A stretch of DNA of 63,390 nt, filler included, from Octopus bimaculoides (GCF_001194135.2; 5 parts of 5 records of this genome joined end to end with filler, not necessarily neighbours in it); one strand, 5' to 3'. Shown: positions 1 through 12,587, counted from the whole stretch's first letter. Notes: a model not told the origin generated them from the sequence alone. A program made the numbers and translations.

Positions 1-18
1 ATTATTATAAATCGGCAA

Positions 19-240
19 AAGGCGGCGAGCTGGCTGAATCGTTAGCACGCGGGGCGAAATGCTTAGCGGTATTATGTCTGCCGTTATGTTCTGAGTTCAA
101 GTTCCACCGAGGTCGACTTTGCCTTCCATCCATTCGGGGTCGATAAAATAAGTACCAGTTAAAACTGAGTTAGATGCAATCGACTCATCCTCTCCCCCAA
201 AACTGTTGCCCTTGTGGACAAAATTTCAAACCATTATTAT
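19..240 (+). mobile_element. tRNA-derived SINE, family A (ggcggcgagctggc... head, gaggtcgactttgcctttcatcc core, (ATT)n tail)
   Basis: The same head/core recurs many times in the window; tRNA-like A/B-box head. Confidence 0.85.
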
Positions 241-256
241 TATTATAAATCAGCAA

Positions 257-452
257 AAGGCGGTGAGCTGGCTGAAATGCTTAGTGGTATTTCGCCCGTC
301 GCTACGTTCTGAGTTCAAATTCTACCGAGGTCGACTTTACCTTTCTTCCTTTCGGGGTCGATGAAATAAATACCAGTTGAATACTGGGGTTGATGTTATC
401 GACTTACCCCTTCCGCAAATGTCAGGCCATGTGCCTATGGTAGAAAGGATTA
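257..452 (+). mobile_element. SINE family A, second tandem copy with a different 3' tail (..gtgcctatggtagaaaggatt)
   Basis: Aligns by eye to 19-240 over head and core; the last ~40 nt differ. Confidence 0.85.
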
Positions 453-620
453 TAAATCGGCAAGAAACCATACAAGTTGAGTGTAAAATAATTTCTTCAC
501 TGATATTTGACAGGCAGCCATCAATTTGGGACAGAATATTTTTAATAAAGTAACATGGTATCTGATACAGACTGTGCATTTGCATTTGTGAGGTGAAGGT
601 GTGTGGGTTGGTAGTTAGAG

Positions 621-2600
621 CAGGCTTGCCAAACGAATTTAGACGAAAGTACCAGATTTAGGGAAATATAAGTATCAAATTTTGCTCAAAAAGTACCAAA
701 ATCTAAATTTGTAATACTTTTCCTAAAAACCAACTGAAATGCATAATATATATTATTTATAATATACAGGGCTTTATTTTAAAATGACCTATACATATTT
801 ACTGCCCTTATTTCATAATTACAAGGTTCCTCTTTGTAATAATGTCCTTGTCCTTTTAATTTAACACAAAGCTCTGCATCGGGTGGATTAGTTGTGCAGT
901 TGACATCATGAAGAAGACTTTATGGATGTAGCAGAGCATTGATTATTTGGATATGCAGTTTAGATCTATTCTTGAATTTAATAATGTTATCTAGGACTGA
1001 AAATATTCTCTCGACTGCAGCTGAAGAATGTAGTAATGATAGGAGCTGAAACATAAAGCATGATAGGACCGGATAACGAGCTTCATCTCTCCATTTTGCC
1101 AATAATCGCCTGGTTTGGTAACTTCAGTTATGTCATTGTTATCTTGAAGTTTATGTTCTCTCCATTCTTTATTAAATTTGGAAATTTGTATGCCAGAGGA
1201 ACAATTGAATTTGGACCACTGCAATCACGAATACTAACTGGGTCTAATGCATCTAGAAGCTTCAGATTATGGATGAAATCATTTCCAAAGAAGCGCTTAA
1301 AAAATTCCTTCCCGAGGCTCACATAACAATTTAATGTTTTCTCATGAAATTGCTTCGATTCAGATGAAGCTTTCTTTATATAGATGCTTTCAACTTTTGC
1401 TCCTCTGTAAATTTCAGTTATGGGAAGATACACCGATGGATCATTGATGTTTAATTTTCACAATAGCTCTTTATTTTTCACAATTTCTTTTTAAACAAAA
1501 TTGCCGAGTATTCCTTTAACAGTACATGTAATAGATTTGTGTAGTTTGTGCATTCTATAGCTTTCTGATTGGAAATCTAAGTTCAACTTAATAATATCTG
1601 GCAAAATATATGCTAAAAATGCATAATATATTTCTGTGATTGGATTTGTTAATGAGTTCAACACATTTGAAGCTGCACTGTTGTTATCGTCAATAACAGC
1701 AGTAGTAAAGAATAGCACTAGAGCAGGCCACTATTCTAGTATTCTTTTGACAACTTATTCTAAATTTATGAGGATTTGTTTGAATAAATGCTTGAAATAC
1801 TTTATATTCTGCAGTCTTTTGGGGTTAATTGAGAGGAATGAATATATGCTTCTAGTAAGTTCTTCTAAATATGAAGGTAATTCTGAACATGCTTTGATGC
1901 ACAGATATGCCTAGAGTGACAGACACAACCCTGAATAAAAGGAGGGGGAACTTTTGTTCTTCAGTAAACCCTGCACACCTCTCTTCTGTCCTATCATTAC
2001 ACTGGTATTGTCACTAGCAAATTCTATCAAATTTTCAAGAGAAATATGAAGGTGAAGAATCTTTCAAAGAGGAAAGAAATTCCATTAGTAGACCAATCCT
2101 TGGCTTCTAGCAGAATTAAATAACTATCAATAATTTTTTGAGTGCTCCAATCATAAAATCTAGCTAACAGAACAAGCTGTCTTTTTGCACTTACATCAGT
2201 AATTTCATCAACAATTAATGAAAGCTTGCATTCATTTAACTGCTTAATGAGGTTTTCAAAGTAATAAAGGCCTAAAACATTTTTATATATTTGAGTAGCT
2301 TTGGCTCTTGTGCATTTGCTATCTTTGGGCATTTTGGAATCAGGACATGCATTCAAGTCTCACTGGTAAGTTATGTTCTGCAATGAAGGAACAAAGCTTA
2401 AGCTCCGCTGCTGCTACGCCTGTAACATGAACAGAAGTCGTAAGCTGCAAATAGTTGGTCAGTTAACATTTTTAATGTTTATCCGTTTTTCCGTGCCTCT
2501 CCAAATGAGTGACATTGTCTTAAATTTCACAACGACAAAATTTACAATATGCTCTTTCGATATTTGTTTTACTTGATTCTAACGCAGTCATTAGATCTGC
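621..2600 (-). mobile_element. Decayed hAT DNA transposon with near full-length transposase pseudogene
   Basis: BED-finger-like AYCKFCRCEI..LERHGKTDKH (~2470-2570); catalytic SLIVDEITDVS motif in ORF 2027-2356; C-terminal SSAAVERIFS..IKFKNRSKL dimerisation motif in ORF 920-1102. Putative TIR CAGGCTTGCCA at 621 with AAAGTACCA subterminal repeats. Many stops and frameshifts; no opposite TIR found. Confidence 0.85.
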
Positions 2601-3076
2601 TAGAAATTGCAGCTAAATCATCATCAATAACATATCTACTAAAAGAAAGGAAGTTACGCTAGATAATGTACCCTGAGTACACTATTCTTAGATTTACCAT
2701 GGTCTCTATACCCCAGCACCTCAGGCTACTGGCTCCCCCAGGCTTACTGGTCCCTGTCTCGGTGTCTTCTACAGATGCTGTAATGGATCCTCATCTGTGG
2801 TGTTAATACCATCTTAATTCAAGCATTTCTATCCGGCTCCCATCTCATTATCTTTGTTGTGGCCACCCTCTCCTTCTCTCTCAGAATGCAGTCGGCCCTG
2901 TGGAATCCACCCTCTCCTCACCTTCTTGATACCTTTCCTGCCAGAGTTCCCGTACAAATGTGCCATAGCATCAACATCAATGATCCACGAGGACTGCTCT
3001 TTCTTCCAGGAACAGCTCTCTTTACTCCCTTTTACTTGTCAAGCAAATCGAACCCAGTACTTATTCTTTTTTTTTT

Positions 3077-3201
3077 AAAGCCTAGTACTTATTCTATCGG
3101 TCTCTTTTACAGAACTGCTAGGTTACGGGGACGTAAACACACCAGCATCGATTGTCAAGTGATATCGTGGGGGTGGGGGGAAACACTGACACACAAACAC
3201 C

Positions 3202-3255
<54 letters not shown>

Positions 3256-3274
3256 CGACGGGTTNNNNNNNNNN

Positions 3275-3307
<33 letters not shown>

Positions 3308-3472
3308 CGACGGGTTTCTTTCAGTTTCCGTTTACCAAATCCACTCACCAGGCATTGGTCGACCCGAGGCTATAATAGAAGACACTTGCCGAAGGTGCCA
3401 CGCAGTGGGACTGAACCCGGAACCATGTGGTTGGTAAGCAAGCTACTTACCACACAGCCACTCCTGCACCTA
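3077..3472 (-). mobile_element. tRNA-derived SINE, family B (gtggctgtgtggtaag.. head, internal (TA)n/(CA)n tract)
   Basis: Reverse complement gives a tRNA-like head ggttccgggttcagtcccactgcg, then ...aactgaaagaaacccgtcg, then a microsatellite; recurs throughout the window. Confidence 0.85.
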
Positions 3473-5182
3473 TATAAAAAAAAAAAAAAATAAAAGTAAA
3501 GAGGATGAGATTGTAACGTTTAAAACGTCCTCATTTGTAAGTCTGCTCGTTCAGAGATATTGATCTAAACAAATATCAACAGTCGTGTGGATGTGCGGAA
3601 ATATGAACCTGTAGATCGAGGATCGCCTTCGGTAGCATTTCTACCTCACCACACTACATGTGCCATATTCTACTCGTTCATGATTAAACGGTTCGTAAAC
3701 CACAATAACTCTGCATAAATATGATATTATCATTATTGTATTATCATTACAATTATAGATAAATATTATCGTATTTAGTGTTACTAATTTAACTTATTAA
3801 ATTGCTATTAAATATTCTATCGAACCCTAGCGTAAGTTTTATTTATTATTCAAAGGGACGTAACTGAAAACGATATTTCTGTTACTCCCGTTCTGCTGAA
3901 ACTGCCTCCTTCGCTCCACTGTTCTGCTATTATGCGACACCAATAAGAGTTGGCTCGAATTTCACCGTTTCACTTACATAACATCCAGCCACCCAGCCAG
4001 CCAGCCAGCCATGCATACATACGTACGTACATACATACATTGACCTGCTTGCCTAGCAATTGGGCTGACGTCATTCGAAAGCTAAAACAATGCGCTTCGC
4101 ATTGTGACCAGCGATGTATAACAACATCCGATAGTCCGGTCGATCAAGTTGTCACGTGACATACATACATACATACATAGGATGTTGCTATATCTCCTTT
4201 CAGCTTGCGACTTTAGGACTCAGAACCAATTATAAGGGAGAGAACTCCAATTGACATTTTCTTTAGTGTGTGTGTGTACACATGTGTGGGGAGATGGATA
4301 AATGAATATACATTTAATACAGGAAGCCAGCCAGTTTATAGTTATGTCCCTTACACCATTCTGCTAAATTTTGCTTTAAACTAAAATTGTTTTATTCCAT
4401 TTAACATTGTGTAAATTAATTGTATTATTTACAAATGGAGAATCCACTCTGTAAACGACAAGTCGAACTGTTTAATGCAAAGAATGTATATATTTAATTG
4501 TTTCTGTATTTATTATCTTGACATTTGCAACCCAATGAATTCCTTTGGTCAAGCGCCGTCTGTATTAACCTCTTTCTTTCATTTATTTTTCTTTTGAAGA
4601 CGTTCTAATGATTTAGTTTGAGAGTGATTCGGTTGCTATTATTATTCTAGGTCGAGCGAGTATATATATTCCCTTGAAAATGAATGCATGTGTGTACGCA
4701 TGCATGCTTGAATATGCGCGAAGTGGTTTTTAGGTATATATCTATGTATGTATGTATGTATATATATATATATATATATNNNNNNNNNNNNNNNNNNNNN
4801 NNNNNNNNNNNNNNNNNNNNNNNNNNNNNNNNNNNNNNNNNNNNNNNNNNNNNNNNNNNNNNNNNNNNNNNNNNNNNNNNNNNNNNNNNNNNNNNNNNNN
4901 NNNNNNNNNNNNNNNNNNNNNNNNNNNNNNNNNNNNNNNNNNNNNNNNNNNNNNNNNNNNNNNNNNNNNNNNNNNNNNNNNNNNNNNNNNNNNNNNNNNN
5001 NNNNNNNNNNNNNNNNNNNNNNNNNNNNNNNNNNNNNNNNNNNNNNNNNNNNNNNNNNNNNNNNNNNNNNNNNNNNNNNNNNNNNNNNNNNNNNNNNNNN
5101 NNNNNNNNNNNNNNNNNNNNNNNNNNNNNNNNNNNNNNNNNNNNNNNNNNNNNNNNNNNNNNNNNNNNNNNNNNNNNNNNNN

Positions 5183-5220
<38 letters not shown>

Positions 5221-5698
5221 CCTGTGTGTGTGTGTGTGTTTATGAGTGACCATACACTGGCGCTACACACGCACACACATACACACACACACGCGATCTC
5301 ACAAACGCATGCACGCACACATATACACACGCACACCACAGACACATACACACACATGCACACTCACACACACGCACACACGCAAACACTCACACGTACG
5401 CGCGTACACACACACACGCACACACACACGCACACACATATGCGCGTACACACACACGTATGCGCGTACACACACAACTACGCACACACACACAGACGCG
5501 CACGTACGCGCGTACACACACACACACACTTACACACGCACGCACGTACGCACCCACATTGACACGTTGTGATGTATGGCCATACATAAATGCTATGAAA
5601 CATAAATCGAAGGTCTCCCAATATTGAAACAGGAGAACATCAAATATATTTTCACATGCAAAACGGGTGATGATAATTTCAAAATTCCTTCACGTGAC

Positions 5699-5906
5699 AT
5701 GGTGCCATGTTCCCTGGTTCAGTTCCACTGCGTGGCACCTTGGGTTAGTGTCCTCTACAATAGCCTCGGGCACCTCAAACCCTTGAGAGTAGATTTGGGA
5801 GACGGCAACTGAAAGACGCCCGTCGTATCAAAACACACACACACACACACACACACACGCACGCACGCACACACACGCACGCACACACGCATACACACAC
5901 ACACAA

Positions 5907-5940
<34 letters not shown>

Positions 5941-6130
5941 CTCCTTGTGTTTATCCTCCGCCACCGCTTGACAACCTGGTTTGGCCGGTTTACATCCCCG
6001 TAACATTAGCGGTTCGACAAAAGCGATCAATAGAATACATACCAGGCATTAAAAAATGTAAGTACAGGGATTGATTTGTACGTTTAAACACTTCCAGGCG
6101 GTACCCCAGCATGGCCGCATTCTGGGCGTT
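5699..6130 (+). mobile_element. SINE family B, diverged copy
   Basis: ccactgcgtggcaccttggg...aactgaaagacgcccgtcg, (CA)n, cgcttgacaacc...ccagcatggccgc. Confidence 0.8.
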
Positions 6131-6518
6131 GTGGTTAAGAAACTTATTTTGCAGCCACGTCGTTTCGGAGCGAGGTGGGAACGTTCTTTGTGTCCGAGTT
6201 CGTCGCTTCAACACTTGATAACCGGCATTGCTTTGTTTATGTCTTCAGAACTTCAAGTTTGTCAGCAGATTTTTTAATCTTATTGTAAAGAATTGATGGG
6301 AGTTGCCGCTCCTGTCATCTCCCCGCCCCCTTCACGAATTTCTCTCTTAAGCTACATTATATAACGTATATGTTTCGGTATATATAACACCATATGTGCG
6401 GTGTATATATATCTATTATTTCAGGCTGGTCATGTGATGGAGTAAACACGCAGTCTTTGGCTGATGTGTGTACATGAAAGTGTGTGTGTGTTTGTGTGTG
6501 TGTGCGCGCGCTTGCATT

Positions 6519-6751
6519 CAGGTTTGGCCAAAAGTCACCCGACAGTAAATCAAAATTCCATAGATACTATCTGTAATTGTGTATAGACTCGAATGGGAGA
6601 ATGTGTTGCTGAAAAAGGACTTCAGTTTGAACAATCTTCACGACGTTTCATATTTAGATGCTTTTATTAAATCCATTCAGTTGTTAAACATAAATAAATC
6701 TTGAAATTAAATGGTTTTGATTTAATGTCAGGTGACTTTTAGCCAAACCTG
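6519..6751. mobile_element. Tc1/mariner-type MITE
   Basis: 26-bp TIRs caggtttggccaaaagtcacccgaca / tgtcaggtgacttttagccaaacctg (2 mismatches); TA on the right flank. Confidence 0.75.
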
Positions 6752-6987
6752 TATATATAAATTTGTATACATACATACATACATACATACAGACAGACAG
6801 ATAAACAGACAGACAGACAGACATGTATGCATATGTGTGTGTGTGTGTGTGTGTGTGCATAGGATTGGAATAACGTAAAATGCAGTTAAGTGTAAGATTC
6901 CAGGAGTTCTCTCCCCTCTCACAATTCCAATTTTTATTCTTTCACCAACGAAATTTATCAACATTTTGTGTGGGGTTGGTCACATTC

Positions 6988-7023
<36 letters not shown>

Positions 7024-7969
7024 ATTCTGATTTCGAAAATAATGATACTTTAGAGAATTGCTTTGTCAGACTATTGAGTGGGTGAGTGAGTTAATTACAT
7101 CTCTTTTAACGAACCACGGCAAGATTTGAACTCCGAACGTAAAGGATCTAACTAAATACAGCCAAAGCATTTTGCCCGACGGCATAACAAAGATGCCAAT
7201 AGNNNNNNNNNNNNNNNNNNNNNNNNNNNNNNNNNNNNNNNNNNNNNNNNNNNNNNNNNNNNNNNNNNNNNNNNNNNNNNNNNNNNNNNNNNNNNNNNNN
7301 NNNNNNNNNNNNNNNNNNNNNNNNNNNNNNNNNNNNNNNNNNNNNNNNNNNNNNNNNNNNNNNNNNNNNNNNNNNNNNNNNNNNNNNNNNNNNNNNNNNN
7401 NNNNNNNNNNNNNNNNNNNNNNNNNNNNNNNNNNNNNNNNNNNNNNNNNNNNNNNNNNNNNNNNNNNNNNNNNNNNNNNNNNNNNNNNNNNNNNNNNNNN
7501 NNNNNNNNNNNNNNNNNNNNNNNNNNNNNNNNNNNNNNNNNNNNNNNNNNNNNNNNNNNNNNNNNNNNNNNNNNNNNNNNNNNNNNNNNNNNNNNNNNNN
7601 NNNNNNNNNNNNNNNNNNNNNNNNNNNNNNNNNNNNNNNNNNNNNNNNNNNNNNNNNNNNNNNNNNNNNNNNNNNNNNNNNNNNNNNNNNNNNNNNNNNN
7701 NNNNNNNNNNNNNNNNNNNNNNNNNNNNNNNNNNNNNNNNNNNNNNNNNNNNNNNNNNNNNNNNNNNNNNNNNNNNNNNNNNNNNNNNNNNNNNNNNNNN
7801 NNNNNNNNNNNNNNNNNNNNNNNNNNNNNNNNNNNNNNNNNNNNNNNNNNNNNNNNNNNNNNNNNNNNNNNNNNNNNNNNNNNNNNNNNNNNNNNNNNNN
7901 NNNNNNNNNNNNNNNNNNNNNNNNNNNNNNNNNNNNNNNNNNNNNNNNNNNNNNNNNNNNNNNNNNNNN

Positions 7970-8000
<31 letters not shown>

Positions 8001-9193
8001 TTCTTTGACTATTATTTCCAGCAATACTGGTGCTCCCTTAACCCTTCGTCAGATTTTAGTGACGGTGAGTTATTTTCTTTTTCATTTTGAATTGCGTCTA
8101 ACCACTTTAATCATTTCAACATTTTTGCATTACTATTTTGTGAATAATAAACTACTGATTCCGATGGTAAAATCTATATACACTGATGGGGTAGAATTTA
8201 GCTTCCCCATCCGCAATGCAGTAAGCACTACCGGTGAGCATTAAGTTTCAGGCGAAACTGGCATACCAATCTAATGCCACTAAATTGTGGTGGGGAGGTT
8301 GTCTCCCCTGTCAGTAAATAGAAAATGTGCTTTTGTCGTTAGAGTTCTTTGACTCTTATGTTTAGCCATTCTGGTTCTCCCTGCACCCTTCGTCACATTT
8401 TAGTAACTGTGAATTATTTCCTCTTTTGTTATGAACTGCGTCTACCCACCTTAATTATATGTATATATATATAAATTAAATAATGAGGGTAGAAATTAGC
8501 TGCGGAAATTTATTAACGGCAGAGTTAGTTCCGACCTCAGCGCGCCAACATGAAGATATTTGAAAGATATCCCCAAATATAATTTACAGAACCTATACAT
8601 GCTCTCTTTCGGATGAGCGTTCTGTATTTAATTCTGTGTTTTGTAAGCGACAGACTATGAATTTTGTCAATATTTACAAAAGTAAATAACTCTGAAAAGG
8701 GCTTTTGTGCATTCCCAGTGAGTGTTACTCTCAGGGGCGCTAGTGTTGGTATATTGGTGAATAAGTTACTAACCGAAATAAGTGGATCTATTGTTTAGGA
8801 AAATACAATTTGTTTGTTTACGGGTTGTACTGGGTAAGTTGCGAAAATAATTCTAAGTTCAAATACTATGAAATAAGCATACCCAATTTCATTTTTACCA
8901 AATAATTTAGGAAAATGAATGGGTTTTTTTCCCTTGGCTATATATGAGGATCCCTTCCAGGGACGAATGGGTTATTTCCCTTGATTTTTAAAATAAAATA
9001 TATCAGAGATATATAAGAATCCCTTCCAGGGGCCCTATTGTCAATTATTTCAATAAGCTAGGTACGCCATGAGGTTTCCAGACATGAGTTCCATTCACGT
9101 GTCAAGTTTCATTAAAATCGATAAAACGATGTAGGAGGACTTAGCTAACAACTCCACAAACACACCCACAGACAGAATTTCCCACATATGTAG

Positions 9194-9231
<38 letters not shown>

Positions 9232-9857
9232 CGCGTGCGCACAGACACACACACACACATATATATATAATCACTGATGTGGGATACATTAAACTTTATG
9301 CCTAAGCTGAGAAAGCAGCATGCCGTAGCATAGTAGGGCGGTTTGATGCGTAGGGAATAGAGAAATTGAGGGGGACCTACCCGAAGCATCATACCTTTTC
9401 CTCACGCGATTCTTACTCATCCTCGCGTTATAAGCTGTTTGTATTTACCTTTTTCTATTAAAGACCAGCACTCGATTCCTTGGATTCTGCTGTTTCACTT
9501 ATACTTTCCTTTAAGCCTTTGGAATATGAGATAATTATTTGATAGAATATACTTAATCAAAATCTAGTGCTGTAGGATCATGGAAATGCGTTTTTATATT
9601 GAAAGAAGTAAAAGAAAGAAAAATTAAATTAAATTTAAAATCTAAAAAAATTAAAGAAATTAGTAAGATTTTAGCTTTCTTCAGTTTTTATTTTCCATTC
9701 TTATTAATAAACCATTTAAGAAAGAGAAAGAAAATATGCTAGAAGGAACAGAAAACATAACAGATACGGAAGAAAATGAGACGATTCAACAAAATGTAAG
9801 ATCGCAGACGACATCTTTTTGTCTTTTACGCGAGTTTATACTTTTAAGGTAAAATAA

Positions 9858-10049
9858 TTTATTCAGAAAAAAAAAAATCTATGGTGGAACAACCGATAGA
9901 ATTAGATAACTATTTTAAAACAGAAGAAAACAAGTGAATAACAAGAGGAATTTGCTGCATCAATGCTTTGAAAGGCTTGTCATGTAGAAATTCCTCGTAT
10001 ATATTGGTGCACGAAGCGATTTTGCCATGTGACCGCTATAATTTTTATT
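9858..10049 (-). promoter_or_regulatory. Proximal 3' UTR with candidate polyadenylation signals
   Basis: AATAAA on minus strand at 10044-10049 (overlapping the stop codon) and 9858-9863. Confidence 0.3.
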
Positions 10050-10141
10050 TAGTGAGATACTATAAAGTTAAACAGAAGAATAACGAGGCTGATGACCGTC
10101 ATGAAGGCTTGGCTACAGACAGATTCAATTCCAGCAGCACC
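10049..10141 (-). CDS. Terminal coding exon (exon 3) of a putative small GPI-anchored glycoprotein: GAAGIESVCSQAFMTVISLVILLFNFIVSH*
   Basis: Strong acceptor on minus strand (tttcttttttcttttttatgcag|GGT). Phase 0 matches the phase-0 end of the exon at 12382. Small residues (S|GAA), then a polar spacer, then a hydrophobic tail ending at TAA (10049-10051) with no cytoplasmic tail: canonical GPI-signal layout. Confidence 0.75.
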   Translation of the reverse strand, partial: GAAGIESVCSQAFMTVISLVILLFNFIVSH

Positions 10142-10302
10142 CTGCATAAAAAAGAAAAAAGAAATTTCAACAACAACGAAAATTGTACGTAGTTATTGGG
10201 ATATTCAAAATTTCTAACTTAATATATATAATTACACATTTCTAAGCAAAGGGGAAGTACAGTCGATTAAATTGATCAGAGCATTTAATTGTCCTTCAAT
10301 AA

Positions 10303-10462
10303 AGTTCTATATTTAAGAGACGATGAATTATGTACATTATTCACATTAGACAGATATTTGTCCTCATCTTGTTTGTTGTTAACACATTGTTTCGGCTGAT
10401 ATACCCTCCAGCCTTCATCAGGTGACTTGGGGAAATTTCGAACCTGGGTTCTCATTCCTAAG
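10303..10462 (-). mobile_element. Penelope-like terminal (pLTR-type) repeat fragment with hammerhead-like core
   Basis: Minus strand CTGATGA-a-GGCTG(gagggtatat)CAGCC-GAAAC; homologous copy at ~56050-56230. Family assignment is inference. Confidence 0.5.
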
Positions 10463-10485
10463 ATTATTATTATTATTATTGTTGG

Positions 10486-10521
<36 letters not shown>

Positions 10522-10906
10522 CGTTTTTTTTTTCTTCTTTCTTCAAATTCTCTTCCATTTCTCGCCGAGTGTTTTCCGTACACCTAGGGCAGAGAAGCTC
10601 ATTGTATGCATTCCCAGTTTACACACGCAAATTCACAGGTAAAATATGTATTTAAAAAAATTAATAATTAAATAAATTCATGAATGAATGTTGTTTTCAC
10701 AGCGATAATGCTCTTCTCAGTATATGAGTCGTTCCAGTTAATACTATTTTTTGCACTTCCTTCAGGGATGATAATCCTGGTATCATTTTCAAATAGGCTT
10801 CAGCACCGTTTTTTATCATTCCTAGAGCTCCTACAATCACTATACGGTAGTCTCCTCAAGATGCCACATTTTTTCAATTTCTATTAGCAAGTCTTTATAT
10901 TTACTG

Positions 10907-10980
<74 letters not shown>

Positions 10981-11002
10981 GGTCACTGCCTGGAATCGAA
11001 CT

Positions 11003-11865
11003 CATTTTCGATGGTGCCTTCAGGTTTGTGGTCGTACCAAGTTTTTGCTCTGCCAAGTCCATATTTGTTGCAAAATGTCCAATGGACAAGCCTTGCTATG
11101 TTGTTATGACGTCTCTTATATTCTTTCTGGGCTAGTGGCGTACATTGACAGGTAATATGCCATACGGTTTCACTATTTTGTCCGCAAATTCTGCACTTAT
11201 CACTTTCTGATGTTTTGTGTATTCTGTATTTGATGTAATTGGTTCTTAGTGCTTGCTCTTGGGCAGCACAGATTAGAGGCTCCGTTTCCAGGTTTAAATC
11301 ACTTTTAGTCATCCATAGCCATTTTTTATCTCTCTGTCTTATCTTCAACATCCCTATGAAATTGTCCATGCATTCCTTTCTTTATCCCCTTATTTTCAGT
11401 TTCATTCATTCTCAAGTCCTTGTACAGCGCTTTTTCTTTACAATTTTCCATCCTACACAAGCCTGACCTTGTTACTTCCAATAATAGCGGTTCATAGCGG
11501 TTCATAGAGTCTGTTTGTGTCATTTTTGGGGTGTAGAATCCCATATCTATTCAGCACCTTCCTTCTATTTCTGTCTAAGCTGTTTAGTTCGTCTACTGTC
11601 CATGCGATTACCCCTGCTCCATATCTGAGTTGTGAAACCGCCCAGGTGTTGATAGTTTCAATCTTATTTCGTCCGTTTAATTTCGACTTATGGATCAGTC
11701 TCAGTCTGCGCAAGTAATCCACCTTCAATTTTTCTGTCATTTCTTTCTCCATCAATTTATCCATTCCCAATATCCCCAAGTACTTATAGCCCATCTCTTC
11801 TATTTACTTCATAACCTCCCCCGACGGTATCGCTATCCCGTCCATACATTTGATTGTGCCTCTCT

Positions 11866-11867
<2 letters not shown>
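11003..11867 (-). mobile_element. R4/Dong-like (RLE-type) non-LTR retrotransposon internal fragment: RT thumb to CCHC finger
   Basis: GYKYLGI, KSKLNGRNKIETINTWAVSQLRYGAG, MHGQF, ICAAQEQALRTNY, CRICGQNSETVWHITCQC, KRRHNNIARLVHW. Flanked on both sides by (TTA)n. Confidence 0.85.
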
Positions 11868-11956
<89 letters not shown>

Positions 11957-12125
11957 ATAAGGTGTTGAGTTGAACTGGCAGAATCACGAGCACGCTGGAC
12001 GAAATGCTTAGCGGTATTTCGTCTGCCGCTACGTTCTGAGTTCAAATTGCATACTGAGGTCGATCTAATCGACTAGTCCCCTCCCTCAAAATTTCAGGGT
12101 TTGTGCCTATAGAAGAAAGAATTAC
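11957..12125 (+). mobile_element. SINE family A, internally deleted copy
   Basis: Head, then a jump to gtcgatctaatcgac, then the agaagaaagaattact tail. Confidence 0.75.
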
Positions 12126-12381
12126 TATTATTATTTAATAGATTTCTCAGGGGTACGAGGGCAACAAAAATTGTAATTTTGAAGACATTCGTAAGTGACA
12201 TAGAAGAAAAAGCGGATTCTCAAATCGATGAGTGACTCATATGCTAGAAGTAAAATGGACATAGATAAAACACTCTACGCAGGTCGGTGCGTTTAACCGT
12301 GTGACAGCTTTAATATACAGTTATTTCTTTTGTAACAGCATAATTAGTGACAATTTTATAAGTTTATAAAAGTCTCCTTAC

Positions 12382-12488
12382 GGATTTGGACGTGGAGTTC
12401 GATATTGGAGCTACTGTAGTAGACCCGTTAACCGAAGTAGAAGGATAAGTAGCAGAAGCAGCATTAGTCGTCACATTTTGAGCCACCA
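12382..12488 (-). CDS. Internal coding exon (exon 2, 107 nt, phase 1 to 0): (x)VAQNVTTNAASATYPSTSVNGSTTVAPISNSTSKS, mucin-like stalk
   Basis: Acceptor ttcatttctttctatttctaacag|TG and donor TCC|gtaagg. Open frame rich in Ser/Thr with three N-X-S/T sequons (NVT, NGS, NST). Joins in frame to exon 10141-10049. Confidence 0.75.
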
Positions 12489-12587
12489 CTGTTAGAAATA
12501 GAAAGAAATGAAATTACATATAGATGAAAATTAAAAATGGAATATATAAATGATTAACAGGAAGGGAAAAAAAGACATATAAACATA

